Assembly (NCBI GenBank): GCA_964581605.1 | Contig: CAZOPF010000001.1 | Coordinates: 45,786-109,785, forward strand | Direction: 5' to 3' | Source of the DNA: an uncultured Ardenticatenaceae bacterium | GTDB lineage: Bacteria; Chloroflexota; Anaerolineae; Promineifilales; Promineifilaceae | DNA length: 64,000 nt | Part shown: piece after piece, positions 1-11,300 of the stretch | Numbering within the stretch: the first letter of the stretch is position 1 | Layout: every line of letters starts with the position of its first letter | The notes under the pieces: generated by a model | What the model saw: the letters and a program-made list of their open reading frames with translations, nothing else | The model's database searches: none | What the model was told of the DNA's origin: nothing | Program-made: the position numbers and the translations under genes

Positions 1-22
1 CATATGGCTTACCTTCGTCGGC

Positions 23-2227
23 ATGATGATCATCTGGCCGGCCTCAGTTTTGGTCCTCTCAGGATTTGGCATTATATTAGGCATGAGCCTGCCCATCCTT
101 GTTATTCTGATCACCGATAGCCTGTTACCCCCAAAAGGAATCACATTGGCGGCCGTCATAGCTACCATTGTGGGGGCGGTGACCGTGTTGATTGATCTAT
201 TCGGGCCGGCAAATCGCACACAGGTCCCTCCGGCCGTGGAAGCATTTTTGCCCGCCATGGTTATAGCCATCATCCTCATTTATGGCCTCTTTATTGCCTA
301 TAATTTTAAGAATTACAGTATGCGTGCCAAGCTGATTACGGCCACGGCCATGGTGTCCATTGTGTCTGTGGTTGCGGTCACTATCATTGTCGGTATTACT
401 ACTCGCAACGCTTTGATTGACCAGGTGGGCAATAACATGCAAAGTCTGGCTGAATCACAGGCGTTGGCGTTGGGCGAGGTATTGTCCCGCCAGATCAATA
501 TCATGGAAACCCTGGCCTTGAATCGGGCTGTGACCGATGCCGTGCAAGCCCGCAATGCGTTTTATGAGGGGCAAACGCCGCAAGAAATTGAAGCGGCGAA
601 TCTGGCATTGAGCCAACAATGGCATAATGCCGACAGCACCGACCGGCTGGTGTTAAGTATTATGAACAACTCTACTTCACAACAGTTGGTGAGCTTCCAG
701 CAAACGTTCCCTGATCATACCCTTCTTTTGCTTACCGACATAAACGGCGTTCTGGTAGCTGCTTCCCAACGGCCGGATCGTTTTGATTATAGTGAAGAAG
801 AATGGTGGCAAAATACCTATTCATCTGGTTTTGCTGCTGTGCATGTTGGCCAGCCTTATGTATCTGAGACTCGTGATGATGTGCTTGTGGATATTGCTGT
901 ACCTGTGCGTACTGTAAACAATACCGGACGTTCAAAGGTTGCGGGCGTACTGCTCACCTCATATAGTCTGGCTTCGGTAGCCGAAATTTTGCGGCAGTCT
1001 GTCTTTGGCGATTCGGGTCATTTTCATCTGCACTTTCCGAATTTCCGGCAGATGAAGTTACATGAAGGCGAAGAAGGAAAGTTGTTGGAATTTATACTTC
1101 CCGACGAAGCAAACATTGTAGATCGCTTGTGGTTCAATAACCTGCCTTTCTTAAACGACTTTTTTGAGGGCGTTCCCAGCCTGGTAAGCCAGGCGCGGGT
1201 GAATACGTTGGCTTATGAACCAAAGGTGGACAGCCTGGGGTGGCGGGTGGTTGCTGTGCAAGATGAAGCTGAGGCTTTGCAACCTGTGGAGCAACAACAG
1301 CGCACCAATATCTTGTTAGGCGTGTTTATTGTGCTGCTGGCTTCAGGGATGGCCGCACTTATTGCCCAGCTTCTTTCCCAACCCATTATCAGGCTGACGA
1401 ATACGGCCGTGCAAGTGGCTGAAGGCGACCTGTCTGCCCGTGCTGTTGTGCAAAGCAATGATGAAATTGGCACATTGGCGACCACCTTTAACCGGATGAC
1501 GGACCAACTGCAAGAATCTATTACAGGGCTGGAACAACGAGTTGGCGAACGTACCCGCGCTTTGACAGCCAGCGTAGAGGTGAGCCGCAGCCTTTCTACC
1601 GTATTAGACCCCGATCAATTGGTAGTGGAAGTGGTTGAACAGGTACGCGCAGCTTTTGGTTATTACTATGTCCAAATCTATCTGTTTGATGATCAACAAA
1701 ACCGGCTGTACATGGTGGGCGGTACTGGCGAAGCGGGGCAGGTTTTGCTGGCACGGGGTCATTCTTTAGCTGCCGGGCAAGGGCTGGTTGGCCGAGCGGC
1801 CGCCACCAATACCCCCGTCTTTATTCCTGATGTCTCTTTAGCACCTGAGTGGAAGCCAAACCCACTGCTGCCGGATACACGGGCGGAAATCACCCTGCCC
1901 ATTGCTATTGGTGAACGGGTTCTGGGTGTGCTAGACGTGCAGCATGATGTGTCTGATGGATTGGTTGAAGAAGATGTTCAGGTGTTGCAATCGGTGGCTT
2001 ATCAGGTGGCTATTGCCATCCAAAATGCCCAGTCATTTGACCAGGCGCGTAAGCAGGCAGAACGCGAAGCGATGATTAACGCAATTAACCAGAAAATCCA
2101 AAGCGCCACCTCAGTAATGGCCGTGTTACAAATTGCAGCCGAAGAATTGGGACATGTGTTCGATGAACAAAAGACCAGCGTCCAGCTTTTTAATCCGGCA
2201 CAAAAAGCAAACGGGAACGGCCGTTAA
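23..2227 (+). CDS. Membrane sensor protein: Cache-like extracytoplasmic domain, HAMP, GAF and a conserved C-terminal tail; no catalytic output domain
   Basis: 734-aa ORF from ATG 23. N-terminal TM helices are followed by a ~330-aa loop homologous to the N-terminus of the 2957-aa neighbour (EEWWQNTY vs QEAWWQAAY), then a second TM. HAMP-like PIIRLTNTAVQVAEGDLSARAVVQSNDEIGTLATTFNRMTDQL. GAF signature WKPNPLLPDTRAEITLPI..GERVLGVLDVQH. The promoter lies off-window. Confidence 0.85.
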   Translation: MMIIWPASVLVLSGFGIILGMSLPILVILITDSLLPPKGITLAAVIATIVGAVTVLIDLFGPANRTQVPPAVEAFLPAMVIAIILIYGLFIAYNFKNYSMRAKLITATAMVSIVSVVAVTIIVGITTRNALIDQVGNNMQSLAESQALALGEVLSRQINIMETLALNRAVTDAVQARNAFYEGQTPQEIEAANLALSQQWHNADSTDRLVLSIMNNSTSQQLVSFQQTFPDHTLLLLTDINGVLVAASQRPDRFDYSEEEWWQNTYSSGFAAVHVGQPYVSETRDDVLVDIAVPVRTVNNTGRSKVAGVLLTSYSLASVAEILRQSVFGDSGHFHLHFPNFRQMKLHEGEEGKLLEFILPDEANIVDRLWFNNLPFLNDFFEGVPSLVSQARVNTLAYEPKVDSLGWRVVAVQDEAEALQPVEQQQRTNILLGVFIVLLASGMAALIAQLLSQPIIRLTNTAVQVAEGDLSARAVVQSNDEIGTLATTFNRMTDQLQESITGLEQRVGERTRALTASVEVSRSLSTVLDPDQLVVEVVEQVRAAFGYYYVQIYLFDDQQNRLYMVGGTGEAGQVLLARGHSLAAGQGLVGRAAATNTPVFIPDVSLAPEWKPNPLLPDTRAEITLPIAIGERVLGVLDVQHDVSDGLVEEDVQVLQSVAYQVAIAIQNAQSFDQARKQAEREAMINAINQKIQSATSVMAVLQIAAEELGHVFDEQKTSVQLFNPAQKANGNGR

Positions 2228-2246
2228 CCGGATTTGAGGAATACTC

Positions 2247-4739
2247 ATGCGCACACGAATGAAGGCATTCTTAGCACCCCCCGTTTTTCCAGATGATGAA
2301 GACAAAAGCCGTATTGCCAGTCTGCTCAATATCATCTTGTTGGGCCTCCTTTGTTTCATGGGAGTCATCGTACTCACGACCCTCTTTACCAACCCCGCCC
2401 CTGGCTCGTTGTTGGTGAATAGTACAACACTGACAATCGCCATTTTCTTGTATTATCTGTTCCGGCGCGGCCATGTTTTTTTGGTCAGCACACTGACCAT
2501 CACTATCTTCTGGTCTGTTTTAGCTTTCCTCACCTTTTTTGGTGGCGGGCTAACATTGTCCATTGTCACCAGTTACTTTGTGATATTGGTTATGGCGGCC
2601 GCCCTGTTGGGCCAAACCGCTACAATCCTTGTTGCCGCTGCCTCTCTGGTGGTCTGGACAATAGTGGGCATTTTGCAGATAAACGGACAATTGCCCGAAT
2701 CCATAACCCCCTACAATCTGGCAACAGATATAGGCGGTACATTTGGCAGCCTGATCATCTGTGCCCTCATCCTTTACCTGACTGTTAGAAACCTGAACCA
2801 ATCCCTGGCCAATGAACGTGAGAGCAATCAGCGGCTTTATGTTTATCAATCTCAGCTTGAAGAACGTGTGCGTTCCCGCACACATATTCTGGCACTGGCG
2901 GCGGAAATTGGCCGTGATCTATCCCAGGTGCGTGATGTAGAAGATTTATTGCGTGGTGCTGCTAACAGTATTTATAAAGGATTTGGTTTATATCATGTCC
3001 AGATTTATCTGGTAGATGCTTCCGGGCAAAATCTGGTCTTGCGGGCCGGTACGGGTTCGGTAGGTCAGGAATTACGCTCGCGTGGGCACAGCCTTCCCCT
3101 GAATGCAGCCTCAACAAATGGGGCCGCGGCAATCAATCGTCAGGCTGTAATTGTGGCGGATACGGCCTTGAGCCTTACTTTCCGCCCTAATCCTTTGCTG
3201 CCAGAAACCCGTTCAGAGATGGCCGTACCGCTCATTGCCAGCGATATGGTTGTAGGTGTACTGGATTTGCAAAGCGCACAACCACATGCCTTTTCCACTG
3301 ACAACCTGGGCGCGTTTGAAATTTTGGCCGGGCAGTTAGCCATTGCTATTGAAAACGCCCGCCTGATTCGTGATACCAGCCAGGCACGGACTGAATTAGA
3401 AGCCCGGGTTCGGCAATCGGCCCGTACGGACTGGAATCAATATCTGGATGCCATTCGTCATGGGGAACGAATAGGTTTTGTATACAACGCTGGTGCATTG
3501 TCACCAATTTCAGAGTCAATAATGGAATACGGCCGTGCCCAAACTGTGCCTATTAAACTGGCGGGCGAAGAGATTGGCACGATAGCGTTGGAGGAAACAG
3601 TTGCAGAATTATCGGCGGCTGATAGAGAGATGATGAATGCTATTGCCCGTCAGGTGAGCCAACAAATTGAGAATTTGCGGCTGTTAGAAGAAGCCGAGCG
3701 CTATCGCCGTGAAGCTGAAGAAGCCGCTCATCGCCTGATTCGTGAGGGGTGGGCGGATGTGTGGCAGGCGGGAAAGGATATGGGATTTGTGTATGACCAG
3801 ACGGCCGTGCAGCCATTACCCGATATGCCCGATATGGCCGCCGATGTTGTGGTGCCGCTTGCCGTTCAAGGTGAGGTAATTGGTCAACTGGAATTGGCCG
3901 GTATTGCCGCCGATGATGCCGAGACGAAGGAATTGGTAACGGCCGTAGCTGCGCGCCTCAGTGCCCATCTGGAAAACCTGCGCCTCACGGTTCAAACAGA
4001 AGAAGCTCTTTCGGAAGCCAGGCAGCGCACGGCGGAGTTAAACATTCTCAATGAAATGGAGGTGGCGTTTGCCGCTGCCCGCGAGACCGACGAGATGCTG
4101 GCACTCATCCACACCTACGCCTCCCGCCTGATCCGTCCTACCGAAAACCTATATATTGCTCTTTATGATGAAGCTCAGGACGAGATAGTCATCTACCTGT
4201 ATTATAAACCCGGCGAGATAGTCATGTCAGACAAAGTAGAAAATATCATTCGTCGCCGCAGCGGTAATGGAGTGACGGAATATGTGATGCGTACACGCAA
4301 GCCCTTGCTGATAAATGGCGATATGACGGCCGTAGCGGCTGAAATGGGCTTTGATGCTATTGGCGCCCGTTCCCAATCCTGGATGGGCGCTCCTTTAGTT
4401 GTTGGTGATCATGTGTTGGGAGTGGTAGCTTTACAGAGTTTTAGCACCCCTCATTTATATGGTGAATACCAGTTGGAATTGCTGACAGCCATTGCCAGCG
4501 GTGCGGCTATCGCCCTGGAAAATATACATCTGCTGCAACAGGTGCAGTCGCGTGCCCGCCAGGAACAGATTTTGCGGGAAGTGACGGCACGGGTCTACAC
4601 GGCCGTTGATGCCGAATCCATTCTGCGCACGGCCGCGCAGGAATTGAACCTCCACCTGGGGCTGGAAACCTTTATCTACCTGGAAGAACAAACCGAACCT
4701 GATATCGTCGCTGCCAATGGTGGTAATGGACACCACTAG
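2247..4739 (+). CDS. Multi-TM, multi-GAF sensor protein without an output domain
   Basis: 830-aa ORF with GAGGAA about 6 nt upstream of ATG 2247. Hydrophobic N-terminal ~190 aa with several TM helices. GAF (RPNPLLPETRSEMAVPLIASDMVVGVLDLQS). A REGW-type module (LIREGWADVW..GFVYDQ..VVVPLAVQGEVIGQLEL). A second GAF type (SWMGAPLVVGDHVLGVVALQSF). Tail ILREVTARVYTAVDAESILRTAAQEL. Confidence 0.85.
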   Translation: MRTRMKAFLAPPVFPDDEDKSRIASLLNIILLGLLCFMGVIVLTTLFTNPAPGSLLVNSTTLTIAIFLYYLFRRGHVFLVSTLTITIFWSVLAFLTFFGGGLTLSIVTSYFVILVMAAALLGQTATILVAAASLVVWTIVGILQINGQLPESITPYNLATDIGGTFGSLIICALILYLTVRNLNQSLANERESNQRLYVYQSQLEERVRSRTHILALAAEIGRDLSQVRDVEDLLRGAANSIYKGFGLYHVQIYLVDASGQNLVLRAGTGSVGQELRSRGHSLPLNAASTNGAAAINRQAVIVADTALSLTFRPNPLLPETRSEMAVPLIASDMVVGVLDLQSAQPHAFSTDNLGAFEILAGQLAIAIENARLIRDTSQARTELEARVRQSARTDWNQYLDAIRHGERIGFVYNAGALSPISESIMEYGRAQTVPIKLAGEEIGTIALEETVAELSAADREMMNAIARQVSQQIENLRLLEEAERYRREAEEAAHRLIREGWADVWQAGKDMGFVYDQTAVQPLPDMPDMAADVVVPLAVQGEVIGQLELAGIAADDAETKELVTAVAARLSAHLENLRLTVQTEEALSEARQRTAELNILNEMEVAFAAARETDEMLALIHTYASRLIRPTENLYIALYDEAQDEIVIYLYYKPGEIVMSDKVENIIRRRSGNGVTEYVMRTRKPLLINGDMTAVAAEMGFDAIGARSQSWMGAPLVVGDHVLGVVALQSFSTPHLYGEYQLELLTAIASGAAIALENIHLLQQVQSRARQEQILREVTARVYTAVDAESILRTAAQELNLHLGLETFIYLEEQTEPDIVAANGGNGHH

Positions 4740-4766
4740 CCTACCCTTTTTCTCGATTGGAGAATT

Positions 4767-7700
4767 ATGATGACTGAACCAATTCAACCAGATATGTCGC
4801 AAACAATCCGTGTACGTATAGCCCGGCTTCTCGACAATCTGGCAAAACCATCCAGCACCATTACAGACCCCGCCGAGCGGCTACAGGTTCGCTTTCTGGC
4901 CACCATCACGCTGGTTATTGCTGGTTTAACGGCCGTCAACATTCCGCTGCGTCTGGTTTCAGGTAGTGCCTATGAACAACCGGTGGAATTTGTTGTTTAT
5001 CTGCTCGTAAGCCTCACATTGCTGTTGGCTTATGGGCTGAGCCGCACCGCATACTACCGCTGGTCGCCACTGGTCTCTGTGACTGCACTTACCTCCACCA
5101 TTTATGCCTCATTCTTTCTGGTAGACCCTCCTAGCCAAAGCGCCTTTCTTTTCCTAGTGGTCATTGTGTTATTTGCCAGCGCCATTCTTTCTAGCCGAGA
5201 CACCTTTTTATATGCGGCAGTCAACATTCTCTTTTTGCTCATAGGGCCTTTACTCATTCCCAGCCTGGAATACTCTTTTTTAGGTCAGGCCATTGGTTTG
5301 CTCATCATTTGCACCACGCTCATTACTGTGGCAAACCAGCATCGCGATCGTGTGGCAGAAGTGCAGCGGCAAGAATTGCGAGAAGCCAACCAACAATTAC
5401 AAAACTTCAGCCAGATTCTGGAAGCACGTGTGCAAGAGCGTACCAACGACCTGGCGCTGGCTTCAGAAGTGGGGCGGGCGATCTCGCAAATTCGAGACCT
5501 GGATGAATTGTTGCAGCAGGCTGTTAACTTGATTCGGGAACGGTTTGACCTGTATTACACCCAGGTTTACCTGATGGATGAAGCCGACCAGCGGTTGATG
5601 CTGCGTGCCGGTACGGGCATGGCCGGGCAAACGCTCCTGGCGCAGGGGCACAGTTTGCCGGTGGACGAACATTCCATCAACGGCCGTGCTGCCGCCTATC
5701 GCCAGCCAGTTATCGTGCCCGATACCGGAACCAGCGACTTCTTCCGCCCCAACCCAATTTTGCCGGCCACCCGCTCGGAAATGGCCGTGCCGTTGCTGGT
5801 GCAAGATCGGGTGGTGGGGGTGATTGACTTGCAAAGCAGCCAGCCCCACGCCCTGACCAATGAGAATCTGCCCGCTTTTGCCGCTCTGGCCGGGCAGTTA
5901 GCCATAGCTATTGCCAATGCTGACTTGCTCAACGAGATGCAAGTGGCTACAGGTTTCTTAGATTCGGTCATTGAAAATATCCCTTTGATGCTCTTTGTCA
6001 AAGAGGCGACTGATTTGCGTATGGTACGTTGGAATCGTGCCAGCGAAACCCTCAGTGGCTTTCCCCGAGAATTTGTTCTGGGCAAAACAGACAGAGACAT
6101 TGTGCCGGCTGATGAAGCAGAATTTTACATGAGTAAAGACCGGGAAGTGTTGAATAGTGGCCAGTCGTTGGTCATACCAGAAGAGGAGTTTCAGTCAGCC
6201 AGCCGTGGCTTGCGCATTCTGCGCACCACCAAAACGCCTATTTTTGATGTTTACGGCCGTCCTAAATACCTGCTAGGCATCTCTGAAGATGTGACGGAAC
6301 GCAAACAGATTGAAGAGCAGTTAGCAGAACGGTTAAAACAGCTCAACTTACTCAACGAAATTGGCCGCAGAGCTGAAGAATCAAACAACGTGCCGGAATT
6401 TATGACCTGGATTACCTGGCGTGTACCTCAGGCTATGGGCCACCCAGAGGCGTGTATTGCGGCGGTTACAATGGGGACAGAGTTGTTTGGAGATAGGCGA
6501 GCGGTGGAGATGCCCCGGCATATGGTAGAAGACCTGACGGTGCGTGGCGAAATGGTGGGGCGTATTCATATCGCTTACATTGAAAGCACCTTGAATTTCC
6601 GTGATGAAGATAGCGCCATTATTGGTGGGGTGGGGCGGCGCGTGAGTAGCTTTGTGGAAAACCAACAATTGCTGGCAAAGCTGCAAAGGCAGGCTGAAAA
6701 TTTGCAAAAAGTGGCCGAAATCGGTACGGCCGTTGCCGCCAGCCGCAACCCATATCAATTGATGCAAGATGTGGCCGAAAAGACACGCGCCGCTTTTGAT
6801 CTTTACCAGACGGCCGTATTTCTGTTAGAGGAAAACCAACTGATATTAACCGGCGCGGCCGGTAATCTGGGTGTGGAAGCCAGCAGCCAAAGCCCACGCA
6901 TTTCAGCCAAATCACCCAAGTCATTGGTGGCGCGGGTGGCCCGCACGGGCCTGGGTATTCTGGTGAATGATGTAACCACCGAACCGGACTTTTTGGCCCA
7001 TCCATTGTTGCCGGATACCAAATCTGAAATCGTAGTGCCGTTGCTGGTGGGCCGCCAGGTGTTAGGTGTGCTGGATATGCAGTCCAGCCAGCAAGATGCC
7101 TTTAACATAGACGACCTTAACATTTTCACCACCCTGGCTTCCCAGGTGGCTATTTCGTTGCAAAATGCCCGGCAGTATGAGCAAACTCAAATGGCGTTGG
7201 ATGAACTCAGTTCATTGCAGCGTGTCATCACGGGCGAAAGTTGGGAATTGTTCTTAAAAGGCCGTCAGCGTGGAGTAAAAGGGTTTATGGTCAACCGCCA
7301 AAGCGCGCGCCCCATTGTGCGCCAGACGGAGGATGAGGAGACGGCCGTGCCAGAATCTGCTGATGTAGCGCCACAACCCGTCTCACTTGCCGCGTTGGCG
7401 GATGCTCAGGCATATGCGACCCCCATACAGGTGCGCGGGATGACCATTGGCAAACTGGGGGTGCGTGTGGCGGACAACACACCCATTATGCCTGAAACGC
7501 AGGCATTACTGGCTGCCATCTCCCAGCAAGTAGCCGGGGCCCTGGAACGTGCCCGCCTGTTTGAAGAAACTGAACTGGCCCGTGCCCAAACAGAGCAACT
7601 CTTTGCTGGCAGCGAGCGTGTGGTGCGGGCCACCACCTTAGACGAAGTTTTGCAGGCACTCATTTCCTCTACACCATTGCAACAAATGGATCGTGTCAAT

Positions 7701-8321
7701 TTGATGTTTTTTGACCAACCCTGGAATGAGCAGATGCCGAATACGATGACGGTGACGGCCGTGTGGGAGAGGGAAGGCCAGAAATCATTGGCCCCGGTGG
7801 GCACCGTATACAAACTGGCCGATACCCCGTTTATGGCCCAAATCCATGCTGGCTACCCCACCATTATCCGCGATATAACAACTGATGAACGGGTAGATGC
7901 AGCCACCAGAAATGTCTTAACCCGGCTGAAAACAGTGGGGATGGGCATTTTCCCGCTCGTGGTTGGCCGTGATTGGCTGGGGGTGGCCAGTTGCCAGTCT
8001 CATGAGCCATTGGAACTGACCGATGCCGCTATTCGCCAGGTTAGCAGCCTGGTGGATCAGGCGGCTACGGTGGCCCAAACACAACGGTTGTTTGAGGCGG
8101 CCCAGGCTCGTGCCCAACAGGAACAGGTGCTGCGGCGCGTGTCGGAACGGGTATACACGGCCGTAGATGCCGAATCGGTGCTGCGCACGGCCGTGCAAGA
8201 AGTGGGCCGTGTGTTGGGGCTGGAAGCGTTTGTCTATCTCAATGACCGGGCAACGGCCGTGCCTGAAGCCGGCCCACTGCCCGAAAAAGCAGCCAACGGT
8301 GCGGCGGTCGGTGGCCTCTGA
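4767..8321 (+). CDS. Multi-TM GAF-PAS-GAF sensor protein without an output domain
   Basis: 1184-aa ORF with GGAGA upstream of ATG 4767. N-terminal TM block. GAF (RPNPILPATRSEMAVPL). PAS (FLDSVIENIPLMLFVKEATDLRMVRWNRA...GISEDVTERKQ). Further GAF-like modules (AHPLLPDTKSEIVVPL). REGW-type module. Tail VLRRVSERVYTAVDAESVLRTAVQEV. Confidence 0.85.
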   Translation: MMTEPIQPDMSQTIRVRIARLLDNLAKPSSTITDPAERLQVRFLATITLVIAGLTAVNIPLRLVSGSAYEQPVEFVVYLLVSLTLLLAYGLSRTAYYRWSPLVSVTALTSTIYASFFLVDPPSQSAFLFLVVIVLFASAILSSRDTFLYAAVNILFLLIGPLLIPSLEYSFLGQAIGLLIICTTLITVANQHRDRVAEVQRQELREANQQLQNFSQILEARVQERTNDLALASEVGRAISQIRDLDELLQQAVNLIRERFDLYYTQVYLMDEADQRLMLRAGTGMAGQTLLAQGHSLPVDEHSINGRAAAYRQPVIVPDTGTSDFFRPNPILPATRSEMAVPLLVQDRVVGVIDLQSSQPHALTNENLPAFAALAGQLAIAIANADLLNEMQVATGFLDSVIENIPLMLFVKEATDLRMVRWNRASETLSGFPREFVLGKTDRDIVPADEAEFYMSKDREVLNSGQSLVIPEEEFQSASRGLRILRTTKTPIFDVYGRPKYLLGISEDVTERKQIEEQLAERLKQLNLLNEIGRRAEESNNVPEFMTWITWRVPQAMGHPEACIAAVTMGTELFGDRRAVEMPRHMVEDLTVRGEMVGRIHIAYIESTLNFRDEDSAIIGGVGRRVSSFVENQQLLAKLQRQAENLQKVAEIGTAVAASRNPYQLMQDVAEKTRAAFDLYQTAVFLLEENQLILTGAAGNLGVEASSQSPRISAKSPKSLVARVARTGLGILVNDVTTEPDFLAHPLLPDTKSEIVVPLLVGRQVLGVLDMQSSQQDAFNIDDLNIFTTLASQVAISLQNARQYEQTQMALDELSSLQRVITGESWELFLKGRQRGVKGFMVNRQSARPIVRQTEDEETAVPESADVAPQPVSLAALADAQAYATPIQVRGMTIGKLGVRVADNTPIMPETQALLAAISQQVAGALERARLFEETELARAQTEQLFAGSERVVRATTLDEVLQALISSTPLQQMDRVNLMFFDQPWNEQMPNTMTVTAVWEREGQKSLAPVGTVYKLADTPFMAQIHAGYPTIIRDITTDERVDAATRNVLTRLKTVGMGIFPLVVGRDWLGVASCQSHEPLELTDAAIRQVSSLVDQAATVAQTQRLFEAAQARAQQEQVLRRVSERVYTAVDAESVLRTAVQEVGRVLGLEAFVYLNDRATAVPEAGPLPEKAANGAAVGGL

Positions 8322-8388
8322 CGCCCTACCACTTGTTTCAACACACGCGGTGGCCCATCTCAAACCAGGGCGCCGCCGGTAATGGACT

Positions 8389-11300
8389 ATGACTCAACTA
8401 AATCAAGAACTGGAAAACGCATCTGCGGAAGAAGCCAAACGAGCCAATCGCGCTTTTCGTTTGTTGTTAGCTATCGCCATCATCGTGGGGTTGGCGGCTT
8501 CCATCATTTTTTTGCGTCAGCTAGGAGATGGCGATGATGATTTTAGCGATCTGCTAGAACCAGGCCTGGGTATCATAGCTGCCGTGCTGATTGGCCTGGG
8601 AGCTTTTCTGGCCCGAAAAGGCCAGGTAACGCTGGCCCTGAGTGTGGTAGCCATTGTATTGTTTGGCTTAGACCTCATCCTTATCACCCGGCTGTCTGAA
8701 GTTGGCTTGCCTCTGACTATTTCTCTTACTTTGATACTTGTGTTGTTGTCTAGCCAGACATTACCGGCCAAAACCGTGACCTGGGGCGTTGTGATCACCT
8801 TCCTCGTCGGCGGTGCGTTGATCATTTTGGATTTGTTTTGGCCAACAGAACGGGGCGGTATAGCGGTTGTAGACCTGAGGATTGTTTACATGGCGGCCGT
8901 GAGCCTCTTTATTATCACCTTTGTTGTGGCGGTTCGGCAGTTTCCGACTTACTCGCTTCGTACCAAACTCGTGTCGGCGGCCGTCAGCCTGGTTATCATT
9001 ACCGTGATATTAACGACTGTTGTGGTTAATAACATCACCCGCCGTAATCTGATCAACCAGCTAAACAAACAATTTGATACCCTCAGTGCTTCCCAGGCTT
9101 CGGCCGTGAGCGAACTACTCAGCCGGGAAGTGAATGTGTTGCAGGCCTTTAGCCTGGACAGCGGCCTGGCCGGCCTTATCCGCAGCAACAATCGGGAGTA
9201 TGCGGGCACAGAAGCAGAAATTCGTACCATCATTGACCAGCAAAATGCCGAATGGTTAACTACTCCCGCCGGGCAAGGCATTGTGAACCAATATACTAAC
9301 AATGCCACGTCCAGCATCCTGCGAAACTACCAGTATAACTTCCCGGAAAATGTGGATACATTGGTTACAAACCGTTACGGCGCGTTGGTGGGCGTCACCA
9401 GCCAGACGGGATTATTTGACCACAGCCAGGAAGCATGGTGGCAAGCGGCATATAACAACGGGCAGGGCGCTGTTTATATTGGCATACCAGAACTTAACGA
9501 GGATACAGCCATTTTGGGTATTCCCATTGCCATGCCGATTTATTCCGGTGTAGAAGTCATTGGCATCTTGCGTACAACCCTGACTTTGGGGCAACTGCGT
9601 GAATTGTTAACCGAGACGGGCGAGTTGGGAGAATCGGTACAAAGCGATATGTTGTTTGGCAACCTGAGGCTGCATGATGAGGACGACCATGCAGTCGGTG
9701 AAGAACATCTGGTACCTATAGACATTGATCCGGCTGTGTTGGCGGCCCTGCGTGATAACCAGACGCCTAATGTGATTGGCGAAGTGGAAGGCGTAGACAG
9801 CCTGATACATGAGTCGCCTATCAGTACGTCTGGGCTTATTCCGGCTGTGGATGCTTTGGGTTGGTCTATTGTTATCCACCAGCCGGAACAGGATGCTCTG
9901 GCGGCGGTGGAAGCGCAGGAGCAGGTGAGCGTGGTGTTGGCGTTAACGGCCGTGGCTGTGGGCAGCTTGCTGGCGGCTTATTTTGCACGGCTATTTACCG
10001 GCCCCATCAACCGACTGACGGACACGGCCGTGATCATTGCCGCCGGCGATCTGAACCGGCAGGCCCCGGTGGAAACTCAGGACGAAATTGGTGTTCTGGC
10101 GCAGGCTTTTAACAACATGACCGGGCAGTTGCGGGCCTTTATTGGTTCACTGGAAAGCCGTGTGGCTGACCGTACCCAGGCGCTAGCCACCAGCACAGAG
10201 GTCAGCCGCCGCCTCTCCACCATATTGAACCTGGATGAATTAGTCAACGAGGTTGTAAACCAGACCCGTGATGCGTTCCACTATTACCACGCCCAGATTT
10301 ATTTATTTGACGCCACCAAACTGTATTTGTTGATGGCCGGGGGCACAGGGCAGGCTGGGCAAGATATGTTGGCGGCCGGGCATAAACTGCGCATCAGCCA
10401 GGGGGTGGTGGGCCGGGCCGCGGCCACCAACCAGGTAGTGCTCATCCCCGACGTAAGCCAGGATTCAAACTGGCTGCCCAACCCGCTGCTGCCGGACACA
10501 AAAGCAGAAGCTGCTATTCCCATTACGTTGGGGAATGAGGTGCTGGGCGTGCTGGATGTGCAGCATCATGTGGTTAATGGGTTGACGGAAGAAAGCGTGG
10601 CTTTGCTGCAATCTATTGCCAATCAGGTGGCCGTTGCTATTCAAAACGCGCAGCAAGTAGAACAGACCAACATTCAGTATGATGTGGCGTCTGAACTAAC
10701 CCAGGCCAGCCAACCCGAACAAATTTTGGAAGCAGCCAGCAGCTACGGCCGTCGGCTGGGTGCTACATCTGCTCAACTGCTTTTCATTGAAAATGATGCC
10801 TCGGGGCGGCCTGAATGGGCCGAAGTGCGGGCGGCCTGGTATACCGAAGAAGGTGGCATTCCCACCGGCACCCGCTATTACCTGCCGGACTTTGGCTTTA
10901 CCCCTTTGTGGCTGTCCTCTCCAGAACGGCCGTTGCTGATCACCGATACGACCACGCACGAAGCCATTGTTACAGAACTGCGCCGGTTGTATGCCCAGAT
11001 CAAAACATTGTCTACGGCCATACTACCTTTGTATGCCCAGGGCCGTTGGACCGGTTTGATCATTTTTAGCTGGAATTTCCCGCAGGCATTTACCAGCCGG
11101 GATGAACGGATTTTTACCAACCTGGCCCAGCAGACATTCTCCGTGGTGGAAGCGGTACAGGCCACGCAACGGATTCAAGACGCCCTACAAGAAGCTGAAC
11201 AACTCTACCAGGTTAGCCAGCGCCTCAGCCATGCTATTTCATTGGAAGACGCATTGGTAGCGGCCGTACAGACGGCCATAGACAGCAACGCTGCCAATGC